NCBI GenBank assembly: GCA_012295275.1
Contig: CM022673.1
Coordinates: 9,734,001-9,798,000, forward strand
DNA: 64,000 bases
Source of the DNA: Chrysomallon squamiferum
Lineage: Eukaryota > Animalia > Mollusca
Direction of reading: 5' to 3'
The notes under the pieces are model-generated. The model did no database searches, was not told where the DNA came from, and was given only the letters and a program-made list of their open reading frames with translations. The position numbers were made by a program, and so were the translations under genes. Every line of letters begins with the position of its first letter. Positions within the stretch are counted from its first letter, which is position 1. Positions 16,794-49,029 of this stretch are shown here, piece by piece.

Positions 16794-17443
16794 AAGAAGA
16801 AGAAGAAGAAGAAGAAGAAGAAGAAGAAAGAAAGAACGATCATTCGAAAACAAAATCATGTTAAAAATAAAGATGACAAATTTATAAACAATTGTATTCC
16901 CACATTTCGGCTCTATTCTGTTTCCACAATTATATTCTGATTGCATAATTGCTTGAAACGTTATTCTAGACACAAGATCCGCACAGGAAACAGTTTTTGA
17001 ACGATAAAGTTACAACGCAGCGACACAGCTTTCCACACACGCCCTTTCCATGTTTCCATGTTTAAAAACAAAAACAAAAAACGTGTATAAAGATTTAAAT
17101 AATGCTGCACGCTTTTATTTCATTATCTGATGTTTACCTGTCAGTAGTTTCTTCCTCGTGTTATTGTTCATGCCACATTACTGAAGGTTTCATAGGTGGC
17201 CAGGTTCTTTCTTTCTTTCTTTCTTTCTTCTTCTTCTTCTTCTTCTTCTTATTATTATTTCCTTTTTTTTTTTCTTTTTTTTTTATAACTATTTTATAGA
17301 GTTTAAAGTATGGCTCGTAAAATTACTATACTTTAACTATTATAATCTCCATTTCCAGTTAAGTCGACAGATGTGGATGTGTGTGTGTACGCGCGCCTGC
17401 GTATATATATTGCAATACATACAAAGCGATGTTAATATTTCAG

Positions 17444-17777
17444 AAACGCTATTGCTATCAAAAACATTTGTTGACACAACTGGAATTGGAGATTATGTCG
17501 TCCCTCATCTACCTGAATCTGGATACACGTACTCTTTGTCATTAACATGAACCACGTTTGTTTTCGTGACCCAAATACACGACTGTGTCCGGACGTGCAC
17601 TAATAGTTAATGCAAATGTTCAAGACTCAGAACGCAGCGTTTGTGTTAAACTGACGCTTTTGTCAAATGTCAAGATGAAGACACGTTTCTGGAGAAACTG
17701 GAAATACGAGATGTCCGATATGGTTATTACACGAAGGAAATAATCTGGAGTCGATGGAATGCAGCAAGGACTGGTTG
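17444..17777 (+). other. Probable non-coding 5'UTR exon of the DUF1647-like gene containing several uORFs
   Basis: TTTCAG acceptor at 17443 and TTG|GTAATG donor at 17778. Splicing to 18299 puts in-frame TGA TAA upstream of ATG 18327. Confidence 0.5.
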
Positions 17778-18326
17778 GTAATGATGTTTTGTTTGTTTGT
17801 TTGTTTATTTATTTTGTTTATATATTTATTTATTAAATGCATTCAGTTTTGAAGACGCAATTATTGTGTCAGTTATGTTTAAGTTTAATATTACTGTTAT
17901 TGCTTTTGTGGCGATAGTGGGTTTTGTTTTTGTTTTAAAGTTAATAATACAGGAGAAAGTAAATTATTATAGATAGAAAAATATAAGATTATAGAAGTTT
18001 AAAAAAAAAAAAAAAAAAAAAAAAAGAAAAACGTGCGCAGAATGTTCACTTAGTATTTAGATTTGCTTTGGTAAATATTTCCTTTACAAAACGTGTTTCT
18101 CTTATTCAGACTTGAGCACACAACACTGAAAAGACTGGCAATGTAACGGCTGTATCATTAACCCACGGCTTCAGTCTCGTCTGCCTAATTAATTATTCGG
18201 CCCTGGAAACTGTATATTTGTGCATGATACCGTAATGTTTAATATAATAAATGTCGAAAATTTAACAACTTTAGTGCTTGATGTTTTTTATGTTACAGAT
18301 AACAAAGTGCAACAAGGTGGAGAGAG

Positions 18327-18990
18327 ATGAACGTTGCATTTAGAATATCAAGAAAAATCAGTAGGTCCACTCATTCATTTTCTCTCTCACAGACGTTCTG
18401 TCTTTTTATCTTTAGTTCTGCCTGTCTGTCTGTCTGTGTATGTATTTATACGAGTAACTACAACGATTACGACTGTTGCATGGTTTGTTTTCTGTCTGTT
18501 TAAGTAATGAATATTATGAAACAATTAGTTTACTACTGTTGTTTTTATTTAGACAAGAATTTGTTGATAACTGTCCTACTACTTGGAATCTTTTTGCTGA
18601 GCGTCTGGAATGCAGGAAACCACTGTATTGACAGATCAGGTAATGGTTTATATTTTGCTTATTAAATTTTTTAAAATGGAGACCTCTACTCACCACTTAC
18701 AACAATTTCGTGCATAAACATTAAGATGGAGTATATTTCAATATTATTTCTAAAGTATTTTTCTTTTATAGTCATTTTTTATTTTTTTATCTTTGATTCA
18801 GAAAACATCAAAGTGTCACCCAGAAATCATGTGAAGAAATTTAAATCTGAAGGTAATTAAATCTAAATTGTTGACAAGACAACACATTTTCTATCCATTT
18901 ATCTTAAATTTAATGACAGGATAAACCAACATTTTTCTGTTTATTTTCTTCTCCCCCTTTTTTGTATGTGTCTAACATTAGATAACATTT

Positions 18991-19054
<64 letters not shown>

Positions 19055-19872
19055 TGATGATAAACAAATAAATAAATAAATAATAAAATGACAGCAACAT
19101 CCATAATCTGTGAGTTATTTTAACAAGTCATTCTTATATTGTTGTAATTCATGTTATACATTCTCTACCTAAGATCAGTTAATTTAGCTGTATTATTCTG
19201 ATAACAAAATTAGTAATTAACTACATGCATCACTGACAACAATGATAATATTAATGTATTAATTTCCAGATTCCAGTTACAATATCAATGACATCATAAC
19301 AGGTACAATAGTTTCCTTTTGTAAACTCTTTACATATTTATCTGTGTTGAATTGATTGTTAAGATACTCTAAGACTGTTGACTTTTTTACATTGCTGAAG
19401 GATTTAAATTAATTACTGGTGCTTTCTCTTTTGAAGGAGAAGGAAGACATTTAAAAAAAATTGGGTTTTTTTTAAAACTAAATCTATTTTAGCATTTAAT
19501 GAATAAATGTAATCAAGTGCAGTCTTATATTTCAAATATCTGACAAATACTTTCCACACACACACACACACAAAATAAGTGTCTTATTTTGTTATTTTGT
19601 TATTTTTTAAATTTTTTAGAAAATGAGCTGTTAACATTTAAAAATGCAGAAGTGGATATTGGATTACTAAAACAGATTTGTTTTAATAAAATAAAAGGTG
19701 AGTACAAAAAATGCTTTACTAGTATTAACAGGCCTACAGACTTGACTTCAAGTGTCTCTTAACATTAGTTTTCTTGCCTTCATCCAGCACAATCTGTCTG
19801 GATGCCGTATAAGTCAATAAATCTGGACCACCTGAGAACCTAGACTTTTCAAATCTTTCTAAATTTAGTGAG

Positions 19873-19925
<53 letters not shown>

Positions 19926-22268
19926 CTGTTTCTGTGTGTGTGTCTGTGTGGTTTTCTGTGTGTGTGTGTGTGTGTGTGAACAAGAGTGCTGCAGCTGCAC
20001 TGGAACAATGAAATCACCATTTCAAAATGAACAATCAAACTTTGGTAACAGGGACGTTTTTGAAGTGAACAAATAAATATTTGTTGTTTAATACTTTGTA
20101 TTGTGTACGAAACAGTTTTGCTAATTAACTAATCATAAATTATCAGTTTGCATAAAATAACTTCTGCTTTTTTTTTTTATTTTTTTTTTTTTAAAGTGCA
20201 CATTTTTAAAAAAGGATTTCAAACATTACACATCATTTTTTCTTTTTTCTTTTAAAAAAAATATTTGTTTTCACTTCCTTTTTCCTTTAATCTGTTCATT
20301 CTGACAAATGAAGCAAGGTGTATTTGCTAATGAATGAATTATCAAAATAACATCTATTCATCTCTTCTTTATTCCACTACAAAATTTAATTTTTGAAAGT
20401 GTTGTCCAATACTCATTATATTAAGCAATTTTGTATTTGCTTTTTTTTTTTTTTTTAAAATTATTCTTATCTTTACAGATTTAAAGAAAAGAAAAGTATG
20501 GAAGAAACTTGAAAGAAGGAAACCATGCAGGAAAAATCAAGAACCAGGTAAATGAAATGTTTATACTTTAAATGTCATCTTCATCCAATAATAATTTATT
20601 ATGTTTTTGTTAAAAATTATTCATTCATTTATTTATTTATTTATTTAATTATTTATTTATTTATTATTGTTTTTGTTATTGTTGTTACAGATTTCAGTTT
20701 CAAGATATATTTTAATGAGCTGTCTTTCTCACTTGGTTTAGTTCAAACTCAGACACAGATAAACATAAAAACATACATACACTCTAAAATATATACAGAC
20801 TACGTTTACCTTAGTTCTGTTACCATCCTATAAGTATCAGATACTGATAGAATATTTAACTTGTATTTCTGCCTCTAGACACGGTTTGTTTGGACACTGC
20901 CTGTTCTTCATCACTGCCTCCACCTTTTAGTGACAAAAACTTCAGGAGCACCTTCAAGCCTCTGTACAGAGTCAGTGATGTTTCTGCACGTATTTCTGCA
21001 GCACTAGGACCAAGGATCAAACCCAGCTTGGTGACATTCATAACAGCTGCATCATCTAACCACTTTCTGGAATCTCAGGCACTGATCAAGAATCTTCACA
21101 GAGTGGTGTTTCCAAAACTCACAAACTACTCTTTCTATTTTTATGATATTGGACTGGATCCTGCTCAGAAAATTCAGGTAATTAGTAATAGCAGTAATAG
21201 TCATGTGTGTATAATAATAGTATGTCACATGTTTATAATAGTTGTATTTTGTCATAAGTACAACAGTAATACTAATAGTAGTGTTTATGCATGATAATGA
21301 TAATAGTCATGTATATAATATAATAGTAAGTCATGTGTATAATAATAGCAATAATCATGTCCAAAGTTAAGATTTACTTTTAGCTATATTACGAGATAAA
21401 TTAAAATCATGCTATCACTTTGTTTACTTTGTTTTATGGGATTGATCAAAATTTTTCCAACAAAGGTTAACTCTCTCTACATTCTTCTCAACAAGATTTA
21501 TTTCCCTTGCATTTATGTTTCACTTAAGCTTAGCTTTCTTTAACTCAATTTTATTCCCATAGTTTAGAATATCTAACTGCTTCAAAGGAAATAACAGTTA
21601 GTTTTGTTTATTGTATTAATTTAACACAAGTAATACTGTTATCTATCTGTTACTGTTATTCAATGTTATCAAGTAAAGAATGAAACTGAAAGTAATTTAA
21701 TGTTGACTATCGATCAAATACATTATTTTACATTTAGTCACTTAATAAATTTTTAATAATAACTGAACTAATGTTACTTCATTTTCCATTCAAAATTTTG
21801 GTAATTAACAATTTGTGTCCTAATTACTGATAAATTGTAAATAAATCTGTACATTGTAATTTTGTAAATAAATCTGTATATTCTAATTTACAGTTGGCGA
21901 AGTACTGTCAGTGTGAAGTGAGAACTTATCCTTTCCATGTCTTACCAAAGAGGTTTGCTTTTCTGCGAGGTTTCACTTGGAAACCTATAATAATGCAGGT
22001 AATTGTTTTTACCAGATTTAAAATTTTAATTTAAAATTATATATATATATTTTGTTGTTTTGGTAACAATTTGGTGGACACATCCTCTGTCAGTTTTTTG
22101 TTGTTTCCTGTATTCATATGTAACAAGAAACTGTGTTTATGATTTTGTCTATCACTGATCAGTGGTATAATACACTCCATGCTTTATATTAATAAAATCA
22201 TTTTTTAATTTTTATTTTTTAAATTAAACTATCTATTAAAAACAGGGAATACTGGTAAGCAAAAGGGT

Positions 22269-22337
<69 letters not shown>

Positions 22338-25324
22338 ACTTATTGTTATTTTTTTTTGGTTGGCTTGATTTAGAATTGACTTAAAGGAGACATAATAGTC
22401 CGAATTCATTGTCAGTCTTAAAATAAATTAATAAATACTATCCATATACAATGGTACCTGTCTTGTAAGGACACCATTGGTGCCAAGCAAACGTGTCCCT
22501 ATATCACAGGCGTCCCTTCATCACAGAGTTTGAAAAAATTACGATATTCGACAAGTTTGAATCACTTAAACTGGACATCGGACACTAATGAAAAAAAATG
22601 TGCATGTATTGCATTGTTTTTCACCTTATTGTCTTTGAAATTCCATTAAGAAATGATGACTATTTCAACTGTTATCTGGCCCTGTTGAAAAATGGTTTGT
22701 TCGGCGTCGGATCGCCAAAGTGTCATGGCAGACCAAAATAATAATAAAACAAATGAAGATTATTCATTAACAGAAAGACAAAATCCTGCAGAAAGAAAGG
22801 TACCAGTGATCTGAAATAGAAATAAATTCCACCAAATCCAATGGAAACGTCTATTCTGTAGATCTAATAATGAAGGTGTTTTATTCAATTGTGTATCAGG
22901 TGCCAGAAGCTTTCTGTGTAGTGTGGTGTTCTATTGAATGATGTCACATCACTGAAGAAATGACCAGGGAACTAGATGTAATAACTGAATCGCAGATAGA
23001 TGAAACAGTAATCAACAGTCAGGACTGCATACTTACTTTTGGTGCCACCACGCAGGAGGGCAGACATACGAACAGAATTGTTATGTTGCTGCAGTTGATG
23101 AACTGGCTGGTGTCACTGCTGACGATTACCATGAAAACATATCTGACTCCGTCAGTAACTTGGCTAAAACGTATTCAAATTTCCACGAAAAGGACTATCA
23201 ATACACAAGAACAAAAATCATCTCAAATATGTCCAATACTCTTACTGATCGATGCCTTTCAAATGATGCTGCGATTCAACTTCTGAGTGAAACATGGAAC
23301 AAATCACTTATCGAGTTCAGTTGTCATTTGCATACAAAAACTCGCACTGCTCTAAAGGACTGTGAAACAGGTGTCAGGAGAGAGAAGAAACTTAAAGGAA
23401 CAAACTGTGGCTAAAACATAGTAATGCATTAAACAAAATGAGATTTATAGACAGAAAAGGATCCTTGCGGTTTCACCATTTTTCTAGACCATGAAAAGTT
23501 GGCACTTGGGATCCTGCCTGGAAACAAAGGTAACACCTACATGTCCTGTTTCATATATGTGGAGTTTTCATTCGCTATCATCTATTCACTAGTTTACTGC
23601 AGAATTTGTATCTATTCCTGCTCAAGAGGTAATGGAGGAGCTTGATTTCTTAGGAAACTGCTCAGTGGACCCTGGATGACCAAGTTCTGTCGATCAGAAT
23701 ATGCCACAGAACAAGTAAACCATATTAAGTTCAGGAGCCTCTGTGCAGAGGCTTAACGAAGAGATCCTGTCATGTGAGACAAACTTTGTTAAAGGTACGC
23801 TGTTGCAAAATCAAACCCTGGGGGTTCTACAAACAGCACCTAATGAATAGTTGTTTGGAAGCAATGGTTATCCTTTCACTGTAATTTCACTGAGAAACTG
23901 AGGGATGAAACTATACAGGCCAGATGACACAAACATTATCAGAAGAGATCATGGGATGTTTAAAATTATTGAAATCCCCAAGTGCTTCTGTGTTTCATTT
24001 CATTTAAATGGAGGGCCATAAAAAAAACTGATCAGTAGTCTCCCTCGATGCTCTAGACGGGAGAGAAGAGGTGAAACTTTTAAGACAGCAATCCACATGA
24101 ACCAACAACAAAGACAGGACATGCATATCAAGCAAAAAGATCTCGGGAAGGAATAAAACAGGAGACATACAGAGAGGCTACAGGCAAAAGAGATCAGGGA
24201 TGAACAGATTGGAGAAAAACAAAATTAAAAAATCTGGACATTGACAGATTCTTTCTAGAATTTTCGGAAATCTCCGATTACAAACTGGAAAACAACATCG
24301 ATCTTTTATCTGGAAATTCAGTTGGCAGTATCATTTGCCATACGTGGTTAAAGGATGGTTAAAGAATAATCAACAAACGTTTAGCAATATCAGTTTGTGT
24401 GCTCATGTGATTCGAAAAAAACCCAGCACTTCCAGCATGCACTATGCAGTGCAATGGATATCGTTGAAAGCTGCTGTACAACAATCGCTATGACTTCATT
24501 TTGGCGTTGGAACAATAATTTAAAAAAAAAAAAAAACTGTCGCATTCAGTACATGTGCGCTGGCCTAAGGAACACATCCATTGAAAAACAACCCGGATTC
24601 GGAAAAGTGCCCATACATCGTATACGGCTGCTAAAGACAGGTACCACTGTATGTATCTTACACGTATATACATATAAAATTAAAAAGTGGTATCCAATCT
24701 ATTGCCTACTACTGCATATGTGTGGAAACCACTCTTTGTATAATTTATGTATGTATTATAAGTTTTACGTCTTACGAGTTAAATGCAGTGTATTGACTTT
24801 CACAGGCACATCTTCCATACACTGAAATTCTGATATGGGTTGACTCATCTATCCGATTTCGAACCGGGAACCTGAAGCCTCTCTTTGACGAAGTGAGGGC
24901 TACAGGGCTTCTGTTGTCCAGTGTCAGATTTGGTCTAGCAGAACACACGTCCAAAAAAATGTTTGAGTACTTCGAGGACGACGCATGCGCATATTCCATT
25001 TACAACGAGACTGAAGCAGGTTTCCAAGTGATGCATAACGAAGTCTTTGTTCGCGACCTCTTCCTCAAGACATGGTGCGCATGCGCCCTAGATCCAGAGT
25101 GCATGTGTTCAGAATATGGCGACAAACAGTTTCACTGCAGTTCGAAGGTCAGAAGTTACAGTAAATGTCACAGGTTTGACCAGTCGGCTTACAGTCTCAT
25201 TCTTGCTAAACTGTTTCGTGAAAATATAGCTTCGTTTTATGTTCAGAAAGGCAAGTACCATGTTGTGAAAAGACGTCAGACAGCTAAATATTTTGATGAA
25301 CTGGAATTGAAAAGAAAAACTTGA
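18327..25324 (+). CDS. DUF1647-family type II membrane protein (putative glycosyltransferase-like), 424 aa; join(18327..18360,18553..18639,18802..18852,19270..19302,19620..19697,20479..20547,20879..21177,21894..21998,24806..25324)
   Basis: All nine exons have canonical GT-AG ends and stay in frame (1275 nt). MNVAFRISRKINK + TM (LLITVLLLGIFLLSVW), a stem, then FITAASSNHFLES, FYDIGL, YCQCEVRTYPF, FTWKPIIMQ, LIWVDSSIRF, WCACALDPECM and CHRFDQSAYSLIL, motifs typical of DUF1647-type invertebrate proteins. Confidence 0.82.
22449..24649 (+). mobile_element. Decayed 2.2-kb DNA transposon in the last intron of the DUF1647-like gene
   Basis: 16-bp TIRs: CAATGGTACCTGTCTT and (reverse complement) CAGTGGTACCTGTCTT, each flanked by TA (22447-48, 24650-51). 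Internal frameshifted transposase fragments. Confidence 0.8.
22960..24240 (+). pseudogene. Frameshifted DDE-type transposase remnant with a CxxH motif
   Basis: Fragments in shifting frames: CILTFGATTQEG, VDELAGVTADDY, SNTLTDRCLSN...EFSCHLH, DPCGFTIFLDHEKL, LHVLFHICGVF, LGKLLSGPWMTKF, SEEIMG. Several stops and indels. Confidence 0.6.
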
Positions 25325-26818
25325 AACTATAATTAAACTCTTTATTTTCTTCTGTTGCCTAGTGTGTCATTACTATTTATAATGTCAAAGATTTTCAGAT
25401 TTGTTTGCATCTGGCTATTTTAGCATAGCTGAATCACTGAGAAATCACTTTTTATCCTTAGTCATTAACAGGAAGAAGTCACACACACACACAGACACAG
25501 ACACAGACACAGACACAGACACAGACACAGACACACAGACACAGACTGAAAATAAATTTAAACGATCATTTGTTGCAAATTTAACGAAATATAAATAGAC
25601 TGAAAGTTAAAACCTACACTAGAGAACACTGTCAGTTTTAATACCGTAATTCATAGCTTTTATTTTTTAATATTATAATTACTATACTCTTTAATTTCAC
25701 TATATTAACGAAATAATATAATGAAACTTGTATCTCATTTTCTCTTCTCGACATAATTCTTATTGGTCTGAAAGGTTTAGTCGTCACAAACAAAATGAAG
25801 GACTTCCTACTGTCACAGAATGAATTATTTGCAGTTTTTACATACGATGCAGGCGTCTACGTATAGAGGAGAGAGATTGAGAAAGAGAGAGAAAACGTTA
25901 GAGGAGGACGACGTAATAGCACTCGTATTAATCAGTCGGTTGCAAATAGTTATTTCTAAGAAACGAACTAACAAGAGAAAACAACTCGGGTCTTTTTAAG
26001 TTTATTTATTCAGTCATTTCAGTACATAACATCTGTCATCTGGTACCCAGATCAAGGATACATCAAACATACACACTTAAAACTTTACTCATTACCTGCT
26101 ACTGTATAAATTATAATTATTATTATTTTTTTTTTTTTACATATTTTTGAAGATTCATATACATACAGAAATTAAAAGTAATAAACAAAAGATACAATTT
26201 TAAAAAGTAAGTAGAAACAAAATCAAGCAAAAGTCATGTGGGGGGGGGGAAAGAAGAAGGAAAAAGTAAATACAGACATATTCATTGATATAACGGATTC
26301 GGGGAAAATCGAGAATAATGATGGAAATCTCTCTTATTAGCGCGCACGCACACACAGACACACGCACGTACACACAAAAACACACCTATCCATATAAACA
26401 CGTATATACATCGCATACATACGTATCCTTGCTTATACATACACACACATTTTGTACTGGTCTGTTATTTTCATTATGTGTTATTAAGAATAGTTTGAGA
26501 CCTTCACGAAAAATTTAAAAGTTATAATATTTTTAGGAAATCATTTTATGTTATAAAACAAATTTAATATCTTCTTTCACCATAATATGTAATAATCTAG
26601 ATTCTTATTAATTTAAATTAACCTGTTAAGATAAAAATCGGTAATATTTTGAATTATGTAGAAAACTATTAAAAATGATAATAGAAAATAAAACACCACT
26701 CCAGCAACAGGCTACACTGCAGTCATTTGGTTAGAACAACATTATAAGTAACAGCCAAACTCAAAAAATAAAATACTTTACTCAGTCAATAATTGTAGCG
26801 GCTCTTGCAGTTATTCTG

Positions 26819-26885
<67 letters not shown>

Positions 26886-27228
26886 TTACAGCAATAATAA
26901 CAATGACAAGCATTTCAAGATCACCACCTTCATTTAGCTGAACGGCTTATTCGTGTCTTGCAATGTATGATGAATTTATTACGTATTATATTTAAAGTAT
27001 ACGCCTGGCGTTACGAAACGCTGCCATGTTACGCCATCAGAACTGGAACTGTGACGTAATAGCGTATTTTTCTAACAACTCTTGAAAGAAGTTTACAACA
27101 GATCGGCTTGTTTGGTAATTAATGACATTGTGATTACAAAAAAAAAAAAAAAAATGGCAGCTTAAATATGTTTTTTAATTGATCCCACTGTTTTGAGTTA
27201 CTTTATTATTAATTAGGACTGGATAATG

Positions 27229-27284
<56 letters not shown>

Positions 27285-28329
27285 AAAAAAAAAGTCGAAT
27301 AATCCACTAGATATATGTTTGATATCGTCTTTCTATGCAGTTAATTTATGAAATTAAATATAATACATGATAAAAATATGATCCCTTGTCATTGCAAGCT
27401 AGAGCTATCCATACACTTATGTCACACTACTTTTAAAGATCTTCTTTATTTTTCTGTAATGTACAGAAATCTGATTTTCATTTTCAGATTTTATCTTTCT
27501 GTAACTGAAAGAAGTAGCTAAAACCAGTAATCCACCAGGCAGATGTTTTGTGTCTTCTTCTTATCCTTTCTTTATTGATGTCCATATGTTTCAAAACTTC
27601 CGTTAGCTAGGATCAGCTGTTTGCCTTTTCTTCAATACCAAAAACTATTAATCTGTTGATGTGATTGATTAACAATATCACTTCGTCTTACACCGAATGT
27701 TTTCAATGTGAATCAAACAATAACAAAATAGAGTTCATAAGTAACAGAACACAAACTATCAGTAATAAATGTATATTTTAAAATCACATGCATTTAAACC
27801 ATTGGCATTCTCAATTCCAGGAACTTTCAAGTAATTTCCAAGCAAACCTTGCCAACAAACCACAAGCACTATTCACTGATATCTAAAAAAAGTCATTTCT
27901 AAATTAAAACGATCTACACTATAACCAGTACGAGACGTTAATCACATGGAATACAAGAGTGCTTTGTCATTAAAACAAACAAAAAATAACAAGAGTTAAA
28001 CTGAATGATACAAGACTGTCCGTTCTTTCTTGCATAGTTCATCACAGATACGTGACCTGGGTGGTAACTTCAAAGGTCTACAAAATAAAACAAAGACAAA
28101 AATGAACTAAACAGTTGGAAATAATAAAATGGAAAAGTAAAAGCTAAATCTATAACAAAGCTAAGCTAGTATTTTAAAGACTACTTTTTAAAAATAATAA
28201 ATTACTAAATAAATATTTGATAACTGAAATGGACATGCACTGGTTTGACTAGTATTATAATTTTAATATTTTTTCTAGCATGCACGGGGTGTCCTGAATT
28301 ATGATCGTTGTCAGAGTCTGAACAAACGT

Positions 28330-28420
28330 CCGTGCACCATTGTGGCTATTACCCGTTTCTGCCATGACTGATTTATTAAAAAAAACCTAGAATATATTTT
28401 CCTATCTATGGGAAGGTACA
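28330..28420 (+). mobile_element. SINE-like relic
   Basis: GACTGATTTATTAAAA...CCTATCTATGGGA shares blocks with 45737-45752 (ACTGATTTATTAAAA) and 10669-10681 (CCTGTCTATGGGG). Confidence 0.35.
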
Positions 28421-29461
28421 AAAAAAAAAAAAAAAAATACTTGCTTTTACCAGGTTTATTTGTCTTTCTTGTTTCTTACCCCCAACAATTATATTAAAGT
28501 TAATAAAGTTTTGAAATCAAATACTATTAAAAAATAGGTCTTAGTCATCATAAAATGCATTGGTGTATTTTACAGTATGCTGCATACTTACACTAAATTA
28601 TTTGTAATCGTAGTTCAGATTAGAGTCTTCTTCGAATTTTTAGTCTTTAAGAAATAAAATACTCAAGGTACATCAATTATTCTATATATAATAAAGCACG
28701 TCCGTTAATGTGGGCAGATAATTCAGTTTCTAGATTATGTAAGTAGTAGGTTATCGTTCTTGAATCTTATTCAGGCGTAAGCAATAAATGCAAACTATAT
28801 TAGTAAAACATATAAATTAACCTTACATCACTTATTTAAAGTACGTTTTATATTTTAAATTAGGTTTATTGCATTTAAGTAATAAATAAATACACGCATT
28901 TAAATAAAGTTTTAATGAATAAAACAGATAAATAAAAGACTAAAATAAAACTAAAATAATTGTAATGAAAACGGATGGAATAGAAACCGTCTTTAGTTTT
29001 CTTATTATGAAGGCCTAAGAAGCGTACACTTTTTTCTAGAATTATTTTATTTAGAAAACAATTTAATAAATCTTTACATTCTTTGACAAACTAAATGAAC
29101 TAAGGTAGCTATAATTAATCAGTTTTGTTTTAAATCCAAAAACTTTTTACGCATCAAGTATACATTGGAAGTCATACACGCACGCACATACACACATAAA
29201 CACATTCTCTCTCTGTTCTTCGTTTTTTTCATTGTCCACAAACACAACTTTTAATTATTATTAGTCTTAGAAATGTGGATTCTTCATAGCACTTTTCATT
29301 ATTATTATTGTTATTACAGAAATATTTAAAACTTCCTGTATATATACATTCGTGTCATTGATAAACGACGTAGATCGAACCTATATTATTATACATCCTT
29401 TCTAAAATTTACTCATTTTTCAACACTAAAACTATGAATTAATTAATAAATTACTAAAAAA

Positions 29462-48715
<19,254 letters not shown>

Positions 48716-48998
48716 CTGAAATTGGAAAAAATAAAATAAAATAAAATAAAATAAAAAATAAAATAAAAACAGACTGCAAAAGATTAAGATTAGTTAGATA
48801 TGTTGTTTAAGATGGACTCAGAATTTCAGTTTATTAGGTTATTTGTGTGATGATGTTGTTGTGTGATTTTTATTTATTTATTATTATTTTTTTAAATACT
48901 TTGAAATGAAATCATTGAAAAAATTAATATTAAAAGTGTGCAGGTATGTATGTATGCGTACGTATATATGTGTATGTATGTATATATGTATGTATGTA

Positions 48999-49029
<31 letters not shown>

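Noticed and set aside
23480-23870. Ty3/Gypsy integrase-like fragments (SRP*KVGT, TAPNE*LFG)
   Set aside because: Another frame gives a longer, coherent DDE/CxxH transposase reading. No LTRs or RT, and the element has TIRs.
27360-28100. Possible decayed coding or transposase sequence between the convergent genes
   Set aside because: No motif could be reconstructed; more simply part of the Hv 3'UTR or an old repeat.
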